Shown: positions 55,725 to 64,000 of the stretch, piece by piece
How the letters are laid out: the number at the start of each line of letters is the position of its first letter
Numbering within the stretch: the stretch's first letter is position 1
From: Ignavibacteriales bacterium
Lineage (GTDB): Bacteria; Bacteroidota; Ignavibacteria; UBA10030
Length of the DNA: 64,000 bases
Direction: 5' to 3'
Assembly (NCBI GenBank): GCA_016193365.1
Contig: JACPSI010000017.1
Location: 8,679 to 72,678 of the forward strand
Notes under the pieces: generated by a model
Seen by the model: the letters and a program-made list of their open reading frames with translations, nothing else
What the model was told of the DNA's origin: nothing
The model's database searches: none
Made by a program: the position numbers and the translations under genes

Positions 55725-57746
55725 CTACTTACTTCCCATAACCTTCCCCCCGCCATTCCGCCCCAGCTGCGCGTTAAACCAGGCGATCATGCGCTCGCCG
55801 ATATCCTTGATGAACTTCGGCTCTTGCGGGCCATGAGGAGTGCGAGGATATCTGATCATTTCCACGGGGACGCCCCGGCGTTTTAGTGCGATGTACAACT
55901 CCTCGCCCTGCGAAATCGGCACACGCGCATCCCTTTCGCCGTGGATAATCTGCGTTGGCGTCTGGATATTCTTGACGTTAAACATCGCCGAGTGTTTCAT
56001 GTACGCATCCATTCGATCCCAGAATTCACCCTCGAAGTAAGATGGAAGAAAACTCGGGATGTCGGCAGTGCCGACGAAGCTCATCAGGTTCGTGACTCCC
56101 GCTCCCACGCTCGCCGCTTTGAACCGGTTTGTCCTCGTGATCGCAAAAGATGTCATGTAGCCTCCGTAACTCCATCCGCAAATGATGAGGCTGTCTGTGT
56201 GAGCAACTCCCATTTCGATGACCTTATCCACTCCCGTCAGATCGTCATCCAGGTCGCCGTAGCCCCAGTCGCTGATGTTTGCGCGGCGAAATGTCGCGCC
56301 GTACCCGCCGCTTCCCCGGGGGTTTGGACGCAGGACGGCGAATCCGTCCTGTGCAAAAGCCTGCAACGGATAAACGGAACCTACGGCTGTGAAATTCTGT
56401 GTAAAAACTCCTGCCGGACCGCCGTGGATGTTGAGAATCAGAGGATAGCGCCTTCCCTTCTCGTAGTTCACCGGATATGTAAGAAGTCCCTCGATTTCCG
56501 AACCATCTTTCGATTTCCACGAAATGACTTCAGTCTTTCCCATCGCAAGTTTCGGGAAATCTTCGTTGACGTCACTCAGTTTCTTGGGCTCGAACCTCCT
56601 TGTGCTGGAGAAGTACACATCTGGCGGATTTTGCGGGGTTTGATGGATGAATGCCATTGCCCCGCCATCTCTGCTGAAGGAAACTCCGGAATAATTGCCG
56701 CTCCCGGTCGTGAGAATTCTCGGCTTCCCGCCGCCAGTCGGAACTGCGAACACTCGCGGCGAGGTGCGGTCAGTTTCTGTTACAAAAACCTCTTTGCTGT
56801 CTGCCGACCACCCGGCAATGCCAAAGCTACGGTCCGGTGTTTCAGCAAGCTTCTTTGCTTCTCCACCACCGGCCGGCATGAGATACAGGTCGAATGCTCG
56901 TGCCCATTTCGAGTCTCCTTTGTCGGATGAGAACACAATCCATTTGCCGTCCGGCGAGAAGTTCGGGTTTGCATCCGAACCCTTCCACGCAACAAGCGAT
57001 TTCACAGCGCCGCTGTCTGCGGGAACGGATGAAATGTCTGTTGACGGCCAGTCGTCTACCAACGGCGTCGACTGATGCGAAAACACGATCGTTCTGCCAT
57101 CCGGTGAAATATCAAACGAATTCACCTGATATTCCCCTCCGGTGAGTCGCTGGGTTTTTCGGTTTCCCCTGGAGTCTTTTTCAACGGCAACAGTGTAGAG
57201 ATGAGCGTATTTGTAATTCGTGTCTACAAGAATCCAATCCCGCTTTTCTTTTCTTGCTTTCTCTTCCTGTTCCGACTCAGCGTCGGCCGAGCGATAGGCG
57301 ACGAACTTTGAGTTTGGCGACCACTGATAACCCATGACGCCGGACTTTGCCTTTGTGAGCTGTTCGGCTTCTCCACCGCTCAACCGCATGATCCACACCT
57401 GGCTCTTTGCATCAGAACCGCCGCGGGTTGAAACGAACGACAGATATTTGCCATCAGGAGAGAATTGGGGATTTGTACACGATTTATCACCGTACGTGAA
57501 CTGATTGTCCGTTTTCCCGTCCGCTGAAACACTCCAGATGTGCGTCAGAAATTCAGACTTCTCGCCGTCCATCATGGATGTTGACACCGTATAGGCAATC
57601 CATTTGCCGTTAGGAGAAATTGCTGTTCCGCCCACACGCTTGAATTTGATCATGACCTCCGGTGTCCAGCCCGACGGTTTTTCTTGAGCCATCAGGGACA
57701 CACCAATTGCAATCAAGCAAAGGAAAACTTTCTGCATCGTCTTCAT
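55725..57746 (-). CDS. S9 family peptidase (dipeptidyl aminopeptidase / acylaminoacyl peptidase), exported
   Basis: Signal peptide, PD40 SPDG repeats, HGGP, GWSYGG and HGERD.RV; GGAGG RBS before ATG 57746. Confidence 0.92.
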   Translation of the reverse strand: MKTMQKVFLCLIAIGVSLMAQEKPSGWTPEVMIKFKRVGGTAISPNGKWIAYTVSTSMMDGEKSEFLTHIWSVSADGKTDNQFTYGDKSCTNPQFSPDGKYLSFVSTRGGSDAKSQVWIMRLSGGEAEQLTKAKSGVMGYQWSPNSKFVAYRSADAESEQEEKARKEKRDWILVDTNYKYAHLYTVAVEKDSRGNRKTQRLTGGEYQVNSFDISPDGRTIVFSHQSTPLVDDWPSTDISSVPADSGAVKSLVAWKGSDANPNFSPDGKWIVFSSDKGDSKWARAFDLYLMPAGGGEAKKLAETPDRSFGIAGWSADSKEVFVTETDRTSPRVFAVPTGGGKPRILTTGSGNYSGVSFSRDGGAMAFIHQTPQNPPDVYFSSTRRFEPKKLSDVNEDFPKLAMGKTEVISWKSKDGSEIEGLLTYPVNYEKGRRYPLILNIHGGPAGVFTQNFTAVGSVYPLQAFAQDGFAVLRPNPRGSGGYGATFRRANISDWGYGDLDDDLTGVDKVIEMGVAHTDSLIICGWSYGGYMTSFAITRTNRFKAASVGAGVTNLMSFVGTADIPSFLPSYFEGEFWDRMDAYMKHSAMFNVKNIQTPTQIIHGERDARVPISQGEELYIALKRRGVPVEMIRYPRTPHGPQEPKFIKDIGERMIAWFNAQLGRNGGGKVMGSK

Positions 57747-57843
57747 GCTTCCTCCTTCCAAAAAGTGCGCAACAAAATTTGTGATAAAGAAAACTGTTCC
57801 GTATCTGCCTGGAAAGGTACGTGTTTCCTTGAAAGAAAAAAAA

Positions 57844-58812
57844 CTATACCTCGATAACAAACTTTCCATCTTGCATAATCTTCGTCTCGTCCAGCCAAAC
57901 AGTTGGTTCCTTGATGAGCCCGTCGAGGTGGCTCGCAACCCTGACTGTTCCCCCCATGGACTTGTTGTCTCCGAAGGCGATGTGGATTGTGCCCATAACC
58001 TTTTCGTCTTCCAGAATATTGCCTGTCAGAATGGCCTTATCGTTTGTTCCAACGCCAAATTCAGCCACATTCCGTGCCGGTTTGCCATGGGGCTCCAGCA
58101 ATTCAATCAGCTTTTCAGCCTCTTTACCACCGGAAATATTCGTCGCGTAACCATCCTTGGCTTCAATCCGAATTGGCGTCTTCACCAGACCAATGCTTGC
58201 CATTGAACCATCCACGACGACGATTCCGTTCGATTGGCCTTCAAGAGGAGCCAGATACGACTCGCCTGTCGGAAGATTCCCCCATTGCCCTTTTTCACGA
58301 AAAAGGCCGGTGCTGGCATGCGCCGCTCTGCCTTTGATAGGCAAGGTGATGTCCGTTCCACGAGGTGCCCGGACTCGAACAACGGAGGTTTTTTCCATCA
58401 GGGAGCATAACTTGAGAGTCCTTTCCGCAATGCGCGCATAATCGGCATTCATACAGCGCACCATAATTTCCTCGGTCACACCGGGCAGAGTCACAACGCG
58501 AACGCCCTGAGCGCTTGCAGCCCTCCGTGAATCAGTGTGCGTCAGGGATTTTGATGTCGGGCAGAAGACGACATCGACCGCCTTCATCAGTTCGGCCACC
58601 TGGACAGGAGGCTCTTCACCGTTTGTCTGCCGGGGAAGAATTTCCACCATCAGGACTTCGCACCCAAGACTCTTTGCAGCCTCCCAGAGAGCATACCCAA
58701 TTGTTCTCAACGGTTCGTCGGTGACGACGAGGACACGTTCATCGGCCTTGACACCAACACAGTCACGAACGGCGACCTGTGCTGACGAAAAAAGCTCGGG
58801 CGAAGTCAACAT
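57844..58812 (-). CDS. M29-like (aminopeptidase T) metallopeptidase, short type
   Basis: NLPTGE, AEFG.G.N, DEK..GT.HIAFG and HLD. Confidence 0.82.
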   Translation of the reverse strand: MLTSPELFSSAQVAVRDCVGVKADERVLVVTDEPLRTIGYALWEAAKSLGCEVLMVEILPRQTNGEEPPVQVAELMKAVDVVFCPTSKSLTHTDSRRAASAQGVRVVTLPGVTEEIMVRCMNADYARIAERTLKLCSLMEKTSVVRVRAPRGTDITLPIKGRAAHASTGLFREKGQWGNLPTGESYLAPLEGQSNGIVVVDGSMASIGLVKTPIRIEAKDGYATNISGGKEAEKLIELLEPHGKPARNVAEFGVGTNDKAILTGNILEDEKVMGTIHIAFGDNKSMGGTVRVASHLDGLIKEPTVWLDETKIMQDGKFVIEV

Positions 58813-58814
58813 TT

Positions 58815-60134
58815 TCAGGAAGAAGTCTTTGAAGCTTTGATTGTCTCGAGGCCGTGAGCTGCCGGTCCTGTTTCGCTCTTGCGAAGCAACAACGCAAAGA
58901 CAAATCCGATAATGCCGAGTGAGGAGAAAATCCACATCCCAGTGGCATAACCTCCTGGAATCGCTGCGCTTGCTCCGCCTGCATCGTTCGCCATGCCAAT
59001 CGCCAGGTTGAGCGCAAAAAATCCGATTTGCTGGATGAGCGTCATAAGCGCGTAACCCGTTCCGAGCCTGTTCTGCTCAACAATATATGCAACGGAAGGC
59101 CACATGACTGCCGGAATGAGGGAAAACGCGATTCCCATCATCGAAACCGGAATCCACAGCGTTAAACCGCTGTACATCATCATCAGATACACGGGCATCA
59201 GCAGGAAGGAACCAAACAACATGAAGAGTGCTCTCTTGCCGACTTTATCTACAAGGAGACCGAAAAGAGGCGTCGCAAACATAGCTGAGAGTGGTAGCAA
59301 ACTGTTGAAAAACCCCGCAGACTCTCGCGCAGCATCAGGATTCACGCCGGCGAATTGCGTATCCATGAAAAACTTGATGGCAAAAGTTCTAAACGGAAAA
59401 ATCGCGGAATAGAACGTGAAACAAAGGCCGACAATGTACCAATAGGAAGCGTTGAATTTGAAAATCTTGCTGAACTCCAATTTATCCGGCTCTCCGGCTT
59501 CTCCCAGGGAATAACGTCGCTCTGCGATGCTTTCCAGCCACCAGTACACCATCGCAGCGACGACGCCAAGAACCCCTGCACCGACTGCGATCATCAAAGG
59601 CCCCTGCCAGCTTGCAGGTTCAGAAGGCCCGAGCGGATAGAAAACAGAACTTGCCCAAGTCGGCGAGTTGTCGGCAGCAACTGAGGCGAGACGCGCAATA
59701 GTCAGGTTGACCCCAAAGGCGAAGCTCAACTCCTTTCCTTTGAACCATTTTGCAAGCGCAGTCGTCACGGCAACGATAAGCGATTCTGCTCCAAGGCCCA
59801 GGACAACTCTGCCTGAGATCATCACAGCAAAGTTTCCTTTGAGCGAAGTCAACGCCGCACCGAGCAGACACACCGCCGCAAAGATTGCGATGGATTTCTT
59901 TGTACCGAGGCGGTCGACCACAATGCCGCCAATAAGAAGCGTCAAAACGGCTGCAACGCTGTAACTTGAATTCAGCCAACCAACATTTTCATTGGTGAAC
60001 CCAAGCTGCTGAATGAAGATGTCCACAAGCGGGTTGATCGCATCATAAATATAGTAATTGCTGAACATCGCAAGGCTCACAAACAGGAGCACAAGCCATC
60101 TGTAGGAGCGCGGGGGTTGGGGAAGGTCAGACAT
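58815..60134 (-). CDS. MFS transporter, MFSD1-like
   Basis: About 12 TM; NYYIYD and G.GAES......KWFKGKEL.FAFG.NL..AR. Confidence 0.85.
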   Translation of the reverse strand: MSDLPQPPRSYRWLVLLFVSLAMFSNYYIYDAINPLVDIFIQQLGFTNENVGWLNSSYSVAAVLTLLIGGIVVDRLGTKKSIAIFAAVCLLGAALTSLKGNFAVMISGRVVLGLGAESLIVAVTTALAKWFKGKELSFAFGVNLTIARLASVAADNSPTWASSVFYPLGPSEPASWQGPLMIAVGAGVLGVVAAMVYWWLESIAERRYSLGEAGEPDKLEFSKIFKFNASYWYIVGLCFTFYSAIFPFRTFAIKFFMDTQFAGVNPDAARESAGFFNSLLPLSAMFATPLFGLLVDKVGKRALFMLFGSFLLMPVYLMMMYSGLTLWIPVSMMGIAFSLIPAVMWPSVAYIVEQNRLGTGYALMTLIQQIGFFALNLAIGMANDAGGASAAIPGGYATGMWIFSSLGIIGFVFALLLRKSETGPAAHGLETIKASKTSS

Positions 60135-60144
60135 GGCGTGACTT

Positions 60145-62604
60145 TCAGTCGGCGGTGAAGTGTGTTTTCTTTTGGGATTCAAAAAAAGAAATGAAATCCT
60201 TATCGTCGCGGAATTTCTTCAGAAAAATGTCAGTTCTCATGTTATCAAAATCACGCTCCCCCAGATCAACCGCCCTTTGAAGCGTTTGCAGCATTTTCCC
60301 CTTGTCTCCCTTCAGTCCGTACGCACGAGCAAGGTTAAAGACAAAATCGTACCGACTGGGAATCTCCGCTATTGCTTTTTCCACTTCTCGAATCCCTTTA
60401 TCAAAAGCTCCTTCCCATGCCAGAATGCCGCCATGCAACGAGCGAAGCATAGGGCTTTGTGGAAATCTGGCCAGATTCTGTTCAACCGACTGGCGCGCTT
60501 CCCGAAAAAAGTTTTTCGCCTCCTCTTGCTTTCCCTGTTCCATTTTGATGATTCCATGGAACAACGCAAGAAAGGCTTTGAAATCAACTCCATGAGCCAG
60601 AGGTAGAACTGGAAACTTCATTGATCTTTTTATGATCCCCTCCGCCTCGGGCAACTTACCAAGATTTACGAAGAGAGGAATTGCAGCGCCAATTCCTGTA
60701 AGGCTATTAGGATCGTTGTCCAGCAGGTACTTTAAGTCTCTCACCGCTTCATCAAATTTGCCAAAGGAGACAAGAACGGTCGCCCGGGCGCCATAACTAT
60801 CAAGGTGGCTTGGCTCTGCTGTGATTGTTTTGGCCATTGCCTCGAGAGCCGCTTGTTCTTTTCCCTGTAACCCAAGCAAATACCCGTTCATCATTTGCCC
60901 TACGAAGTGATTGGGGTCGAGGGAAATCATCTTGCTTGCGTAGTATTCCAGTTGGTCGGTCTGACGGAGCTCCAAGTAATCGATTGCGAGGTTGTAGGCA
61001 TTGAAAAGGTACAATGGATCAACCTCCATGGCTTTCTTATGAAACTCTACAGCTTTGTCGAAGTCTCCGACGTCTCTGTATGAATTCCCAAGGTAATAGA
61101 GACACTGGGCATCATTCGGATACATTTGATTTTGGCTCAACAAAGTCTGAATGGCTTCGGCGAGGTTTCCTTCCTCACGCTGCAAAAGTCCTTTGACCAA
61201 CATTGCTTCCGGAAGCGTGGGATTCAGCTCAAGCGCGCGCGCAACGTGATTTCTTACCTGGTCAAGAATAGCAGGATTCCTTTCAAAACCAAAAGCGTAA
61301 CGGAAGCGCAACGTCGAAGCAATCGTGGCGTGCGCAGCTGCGTATCCGGCATCTTTATCGATGGCCTGCTCGAGGTATTGAACCGCAAGGTCATTGTCGG
61401 GTTTCGTCCTGCGACGGTTGTGAGTCAGTCCCTTCCAGTAGAGTTCCTGAGCCTCGATGTTCGACGTCCTTTGCGCTTTTATTTTTGTTTGATCCAAGGC
61501 GGAGAAAGTCACCTGGAGAGCCTGAACAATGCTCATCGAAATCGAATCCTGCACGGCGAAAATATCTTTCATTTCGGGGTCAAATTTGTTTCCCCACACA
61601 AGGTTCTCGGTCATGGCATCGATGAGCTGGGCGGTGACGCGAATTTTGTTCGCAGCCCGTTGGATGCTTCCTTCCAGCACATACCGGACATTCAGCTCCT
61701 CACCCACAGAGCGGGCTGAAACAGGCTTGCTCTTGTATTGGAATACGCTGTTCCGTGCTATAACAAGCAAGCCGGGAATTCGTGCAACGTCGGTGATGAG
61801 AGATTCTGTGATGCCGTCCACCAGATACTCGTCTTCAGATTTCTCACCTATGTTCTGAAACGGCAGGACAGCAACGGATTTTTCGGGGAGAGAAGAATTT
61901 GTCTGAATGCGGGAAAGGTAAGTTTCGAAAATGATCCAGCTTATTCCCATCATCAGGAGCAGAAGACCTGTCACGGTCGCCAAGAAACGTGAACGTTTTT
62001 GCCTGAGGAGAAATCCAATCCGGTCGGAAAAAGGAATGAGTTTCCTCTGCCAGGGCAGGAAGACTTTGTAAAGCCCGACGGGAACTTCGATGTTCTTGAG
62101 GTCGCTCCTTCCGAGCCTGAGGAGCGGGTAATCGATTTTATTCTGAACCTGGCGGGCTATGTCCTCCGAGACGCAAATACCGCCCGGCCCCGCCAACGGC
62201 TCGATGCGCGAAGCGATGTTGACGCCATCGCCAAAAACATCCTTCCCGCGGTAGATGACGTCGCCAACGTGCAGGCCAATTTTGAGTTGCACGAGGCGGT
62301 CCGGTTGCACTCTTGTGTTGCGCTGCTCCAGAACCTTTTGAATCTCGATTGCACAGCGAGTCGCATCCAGTGCACTCGGAAATTCGGCCAGAAACGCATC
62401 ACCGATGGTCTTTATCTCATGCCCGTTAAATTTTGAAAAGCAAGACCGAACCAACTTTCGATGTTCCTCGAGCAGTTCAAGAGCCTGCTTTTCATTCTTT
62501 TGAACGAGAGAACTGTAGCCGACCATGTCCGTAAACATGATCGCTGCAAGTTTGCGTTGCTCTTTCTTGTGGGATGTTGAGCGTTGATGTTTTCGCTTTG
62601 CCAT
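60145..62604 (-). CDS. Class III adenylate cyclase + TM + TolB-N-like + TPR repeats
   Basis: FTDMVGYS, KTIGDA, DVFGDGVNIASR; one TM; SVAVLPF.N; TPR array. Confidence 0.9.
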   Translation of the reverse strand: MAKRKHQRSTSHKKEQRKLAAIMFTDMVGYSSLVQKNEKQALELLEEHRKLVRSCFSKFNGHEIKTIGDAFLAEFPSALDATRCAIEIQKVLEQRNTRVQPDRLVQLKIGLHVGDVIYRGKDVFGDGVNIASRIEPLAGPGGICVSEDIARQVQNKIDYPLLRLGRSDLKNIEVPVGLYKVFLPWQRKLIPFSDRIGFLLRQKRSRFLATVTGLLLLMMGISWIIFETYLSRIQTNSSLPEKSVAVLPFQNIGEKSEDEYLVDGITESLITDVARIPGLLVIARNSVFQYKSKPVSARSVGEELNVRYVLEGSIQRAANKIRVTAQLIDAMTENLVWGNKFDPEMKDIFAVQDSISMSIVQALQVTFSALDQTKIKAQRTSNIEAQELYWKGLTHNRRRTKPDNDLAVQYLEQAIDKDAGYAAAHATIASTLRFRYAFGFERNPAILDQVRNHVARALELNPTLPEAMLVKGLLQREEGNLAEAIQTLLSQNQMYPNDAQCLYYLGNSYRDVGDFDKAVEFHKKAMEVDPLYLFNAYNLAIDYLELRQTDQLEYYASKMISLDPNHFVGQMMNGYLLGLQGKEQAALEAMAKTITAEPSHLDSYGARATVLVSFGKFDEAVRDLKYLLDNDPNSLTGIGAAIPLFVNLGKLPEAEGIIKRSMKFPVLPLAHGVDFKAFLALFHGIIKMEQGKQEEAKNFFREARQSVEQNLARFPQSPMLRSLHGGILAWEGAFDKGIREVEKAIAEIPSRYDFVFNLARAYGLKGDKGKMLQTLQRAVDLGERDFDNMRTDIFLKKFRDDKDFISFFESQKKTHFTAD

Positions 62605-62707
62605 GAAGTGGAAAGATTACAGTAAGAGGCCGGCCTTGAAGTCCGTCCGTCGCAGCCGACTTTGACGGAAATTAGACCGACCCCGTAGAGTGTGTGTTCA
62701 GAATGCC

Positions 62708-64000
62708 TTACTTCGTTCCGACTTGCTTCTTGGCATAATAGAACAGCGAGCCTGCAAGTAAGAGAAACATCGCAACAGAAAAGAGATGTGCTGAGCTCAG
62801 GAATCCGATCCCTATGGAGTCGAGAACTTTCGGCCCCACGGCAAAATCTCCCGGCTTCAAGCCGAAGACACCCGTTTGATCCGGACCACTCGGCGTCTCC
62901 ATCAGGGCAATGCCGATGGCTGCAAGACCGAATATCCCTCCCCCTGCGATGAGGCCGCTCGCGTAGAGAGAACCCGAGCTGACTTCACCCTCGCCTTTTC
63001 CGCCCGTGGCTTTGCCTTCAGCAAGCCAACGCACAATGCCGCCGCAAAAGATTGCCAGCGTCGTTCCGATAGAAAGATAGGAACCGACCGCAAATGCCAG
63101 CGAGCGAATTCCCAGTACTTCAATTGCTACGACGAGAAACACGCCAAGCAATACAAGCCCCCACGGAAGTCGTTGATTCAGAATGCCACTGATGACCGTC
63201 GCCATGAGTCTCGCTTGTGGTGCTGCTGCTCGTTCAGAGCCGATTCCCTGTATCCATTGAACTTCGATCTGTTGCGTCTCGGGGCTGTAAAGATATTTTC
63301 CGTCTGGAACCGTTCTGGATCCTATTGCATTGACGAGATAATAATTCTTCCCTTCGTATTCGAATTCCCTGGATTCAACCTGGACGCCTTCGGGAAGCTC
63401 CATAACATTGAGGCTCAATTGAAAAGGTTTGTATTCGGCGAGTCCTTTATTCATGAGGATTAAAGTCATGCCAATCACAAATACGGAGACCATAACGCCG
63501 ACCATGAGTCCAAGTTGCTGCTTCGACGGCGTTGCGCCGACAAGAAAACCGGTTTTCAGGTCTTGCGAAGTGGCGCCTGCATTCGCCGCCGCAACGCACA
63601 CAACTCCGCCAATTGTTATTGCTAACGCCGCATAAGCCCCTCCGGTCCATCCAGCAATAAGAAAGAGAGCGCACGTAGCCATTAACGTGGCGATGGTCAT
63701 TCCCGAAACTGGATTTGCCGACGAACCGATCAGGCCGACAATCCTCGAAGATACCGTGACAAACAAGAAACCAAAAATGACAACCAAAACTGCAGACAGG
63801 AGATTCGCGAGGAGCCCTGTATCGGCGCCGGGCACGGGCATGAACGTCAAAAGCGCCCAGATGAATGCCACAAGAACGATTGACCCGATGATCACGATAT
63901 TCATCGGAAGGTCATTCTCGACACGTGACACACTCTCGACGTGCTGAGTTTTTTCCGCCCTGAGGTCTTTCACACCCGATTTGATTGCGTTGATGATCGT
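62708..64000 (-). CDS. OPT family oligopeptide transporter (3' part; runs off the right edge)
   Basis: IGSSANPVSGMTI, QDLKTGFLVGATP.KQQ, APQA.LM and ASGLIAG. Confidence 0.92.
   Translation of the reverse strand, partial: TIINAIKSGVKDLRAEKTQHVESVSRVENDLPMNIVIIGSIVLVAFIWALLTFMPVPGADTGLLANLLSAVLVVIFGFLFVTVSSRIVGLIGSSANPVSGMTIATLMATCALFLIAGWTGGAYAALAITIGGVVCVAAANAGATSQDLKTGFLVGATPSKQQLGLMVGVMVSVFVIGMTLILMNKGLAEYKPFQLSLNVMELPEGVQVESREFEYEGKNYYLVNAIGSRTVPDGKYLYSPETQQIEVQWIQGIGSERAAAPQARLMATVISGILNQRLPWGLVLLGVFLVVAIEVLGIRSLAFAVGSYLSIGTTLAIFCGGIVRWLAEGKATGGKGEGEVSSGSLYASGLIAGGGIFGLAAIGIALMETPSGPDQTGVFGLKPGDFAVGPKVLDSIGIGFLSSAHLFSVAMFLLLAGSLFYYAKKQVGTK

Noticed and set aside
55941-56930. 329-aa plus-strand ORF
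   Set aside because: Antisense shadow of the S9 peptidase

Overview
A gene-dense chromosomal window of about 57 CDS, most likely from an FCB-group bacterium. An Ignavibacteria-like lineage is inferred from T9SS PorU, DUF4270/DUF5686/DUF4905-type proteins, sigma70-type promoters and Shine-Dalgarno sites. Content is mostly housekeeping and metabolic: porU, glgA, gmhB, rpiB, glyA, tatC, ilvE, crcB with a fluoride riboswitch, acr3, pit, pckG, purE, larB, sua5, paaABCD, pabBC, arfB, and many peptidases and transporters. No rRNA, tRNA, CRISPR array, transposase or prophage was seen. The most interesting items are: (1) a 101-nt rod-shaped RNA plus terminator directly upstream of porU; (2) a probable spt-bcerS / cerR ceramide locus with overlapping divergent promoters and no canonical start codon for the reductase; (3) a probable peptide-scavenging operon with an MFSD1-like transporter, two peptidases and a TPR adenylate cyclase; (4) several families of REP-like palindromes, one set nested; (5) an AT-rich nucleotidyltransferase gene pair inserted between rpiB and glyA; (6) frameshift or deletion lesions in paaC and a DMT gene. 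All family calls come from motif recognition by eye, with no database search.
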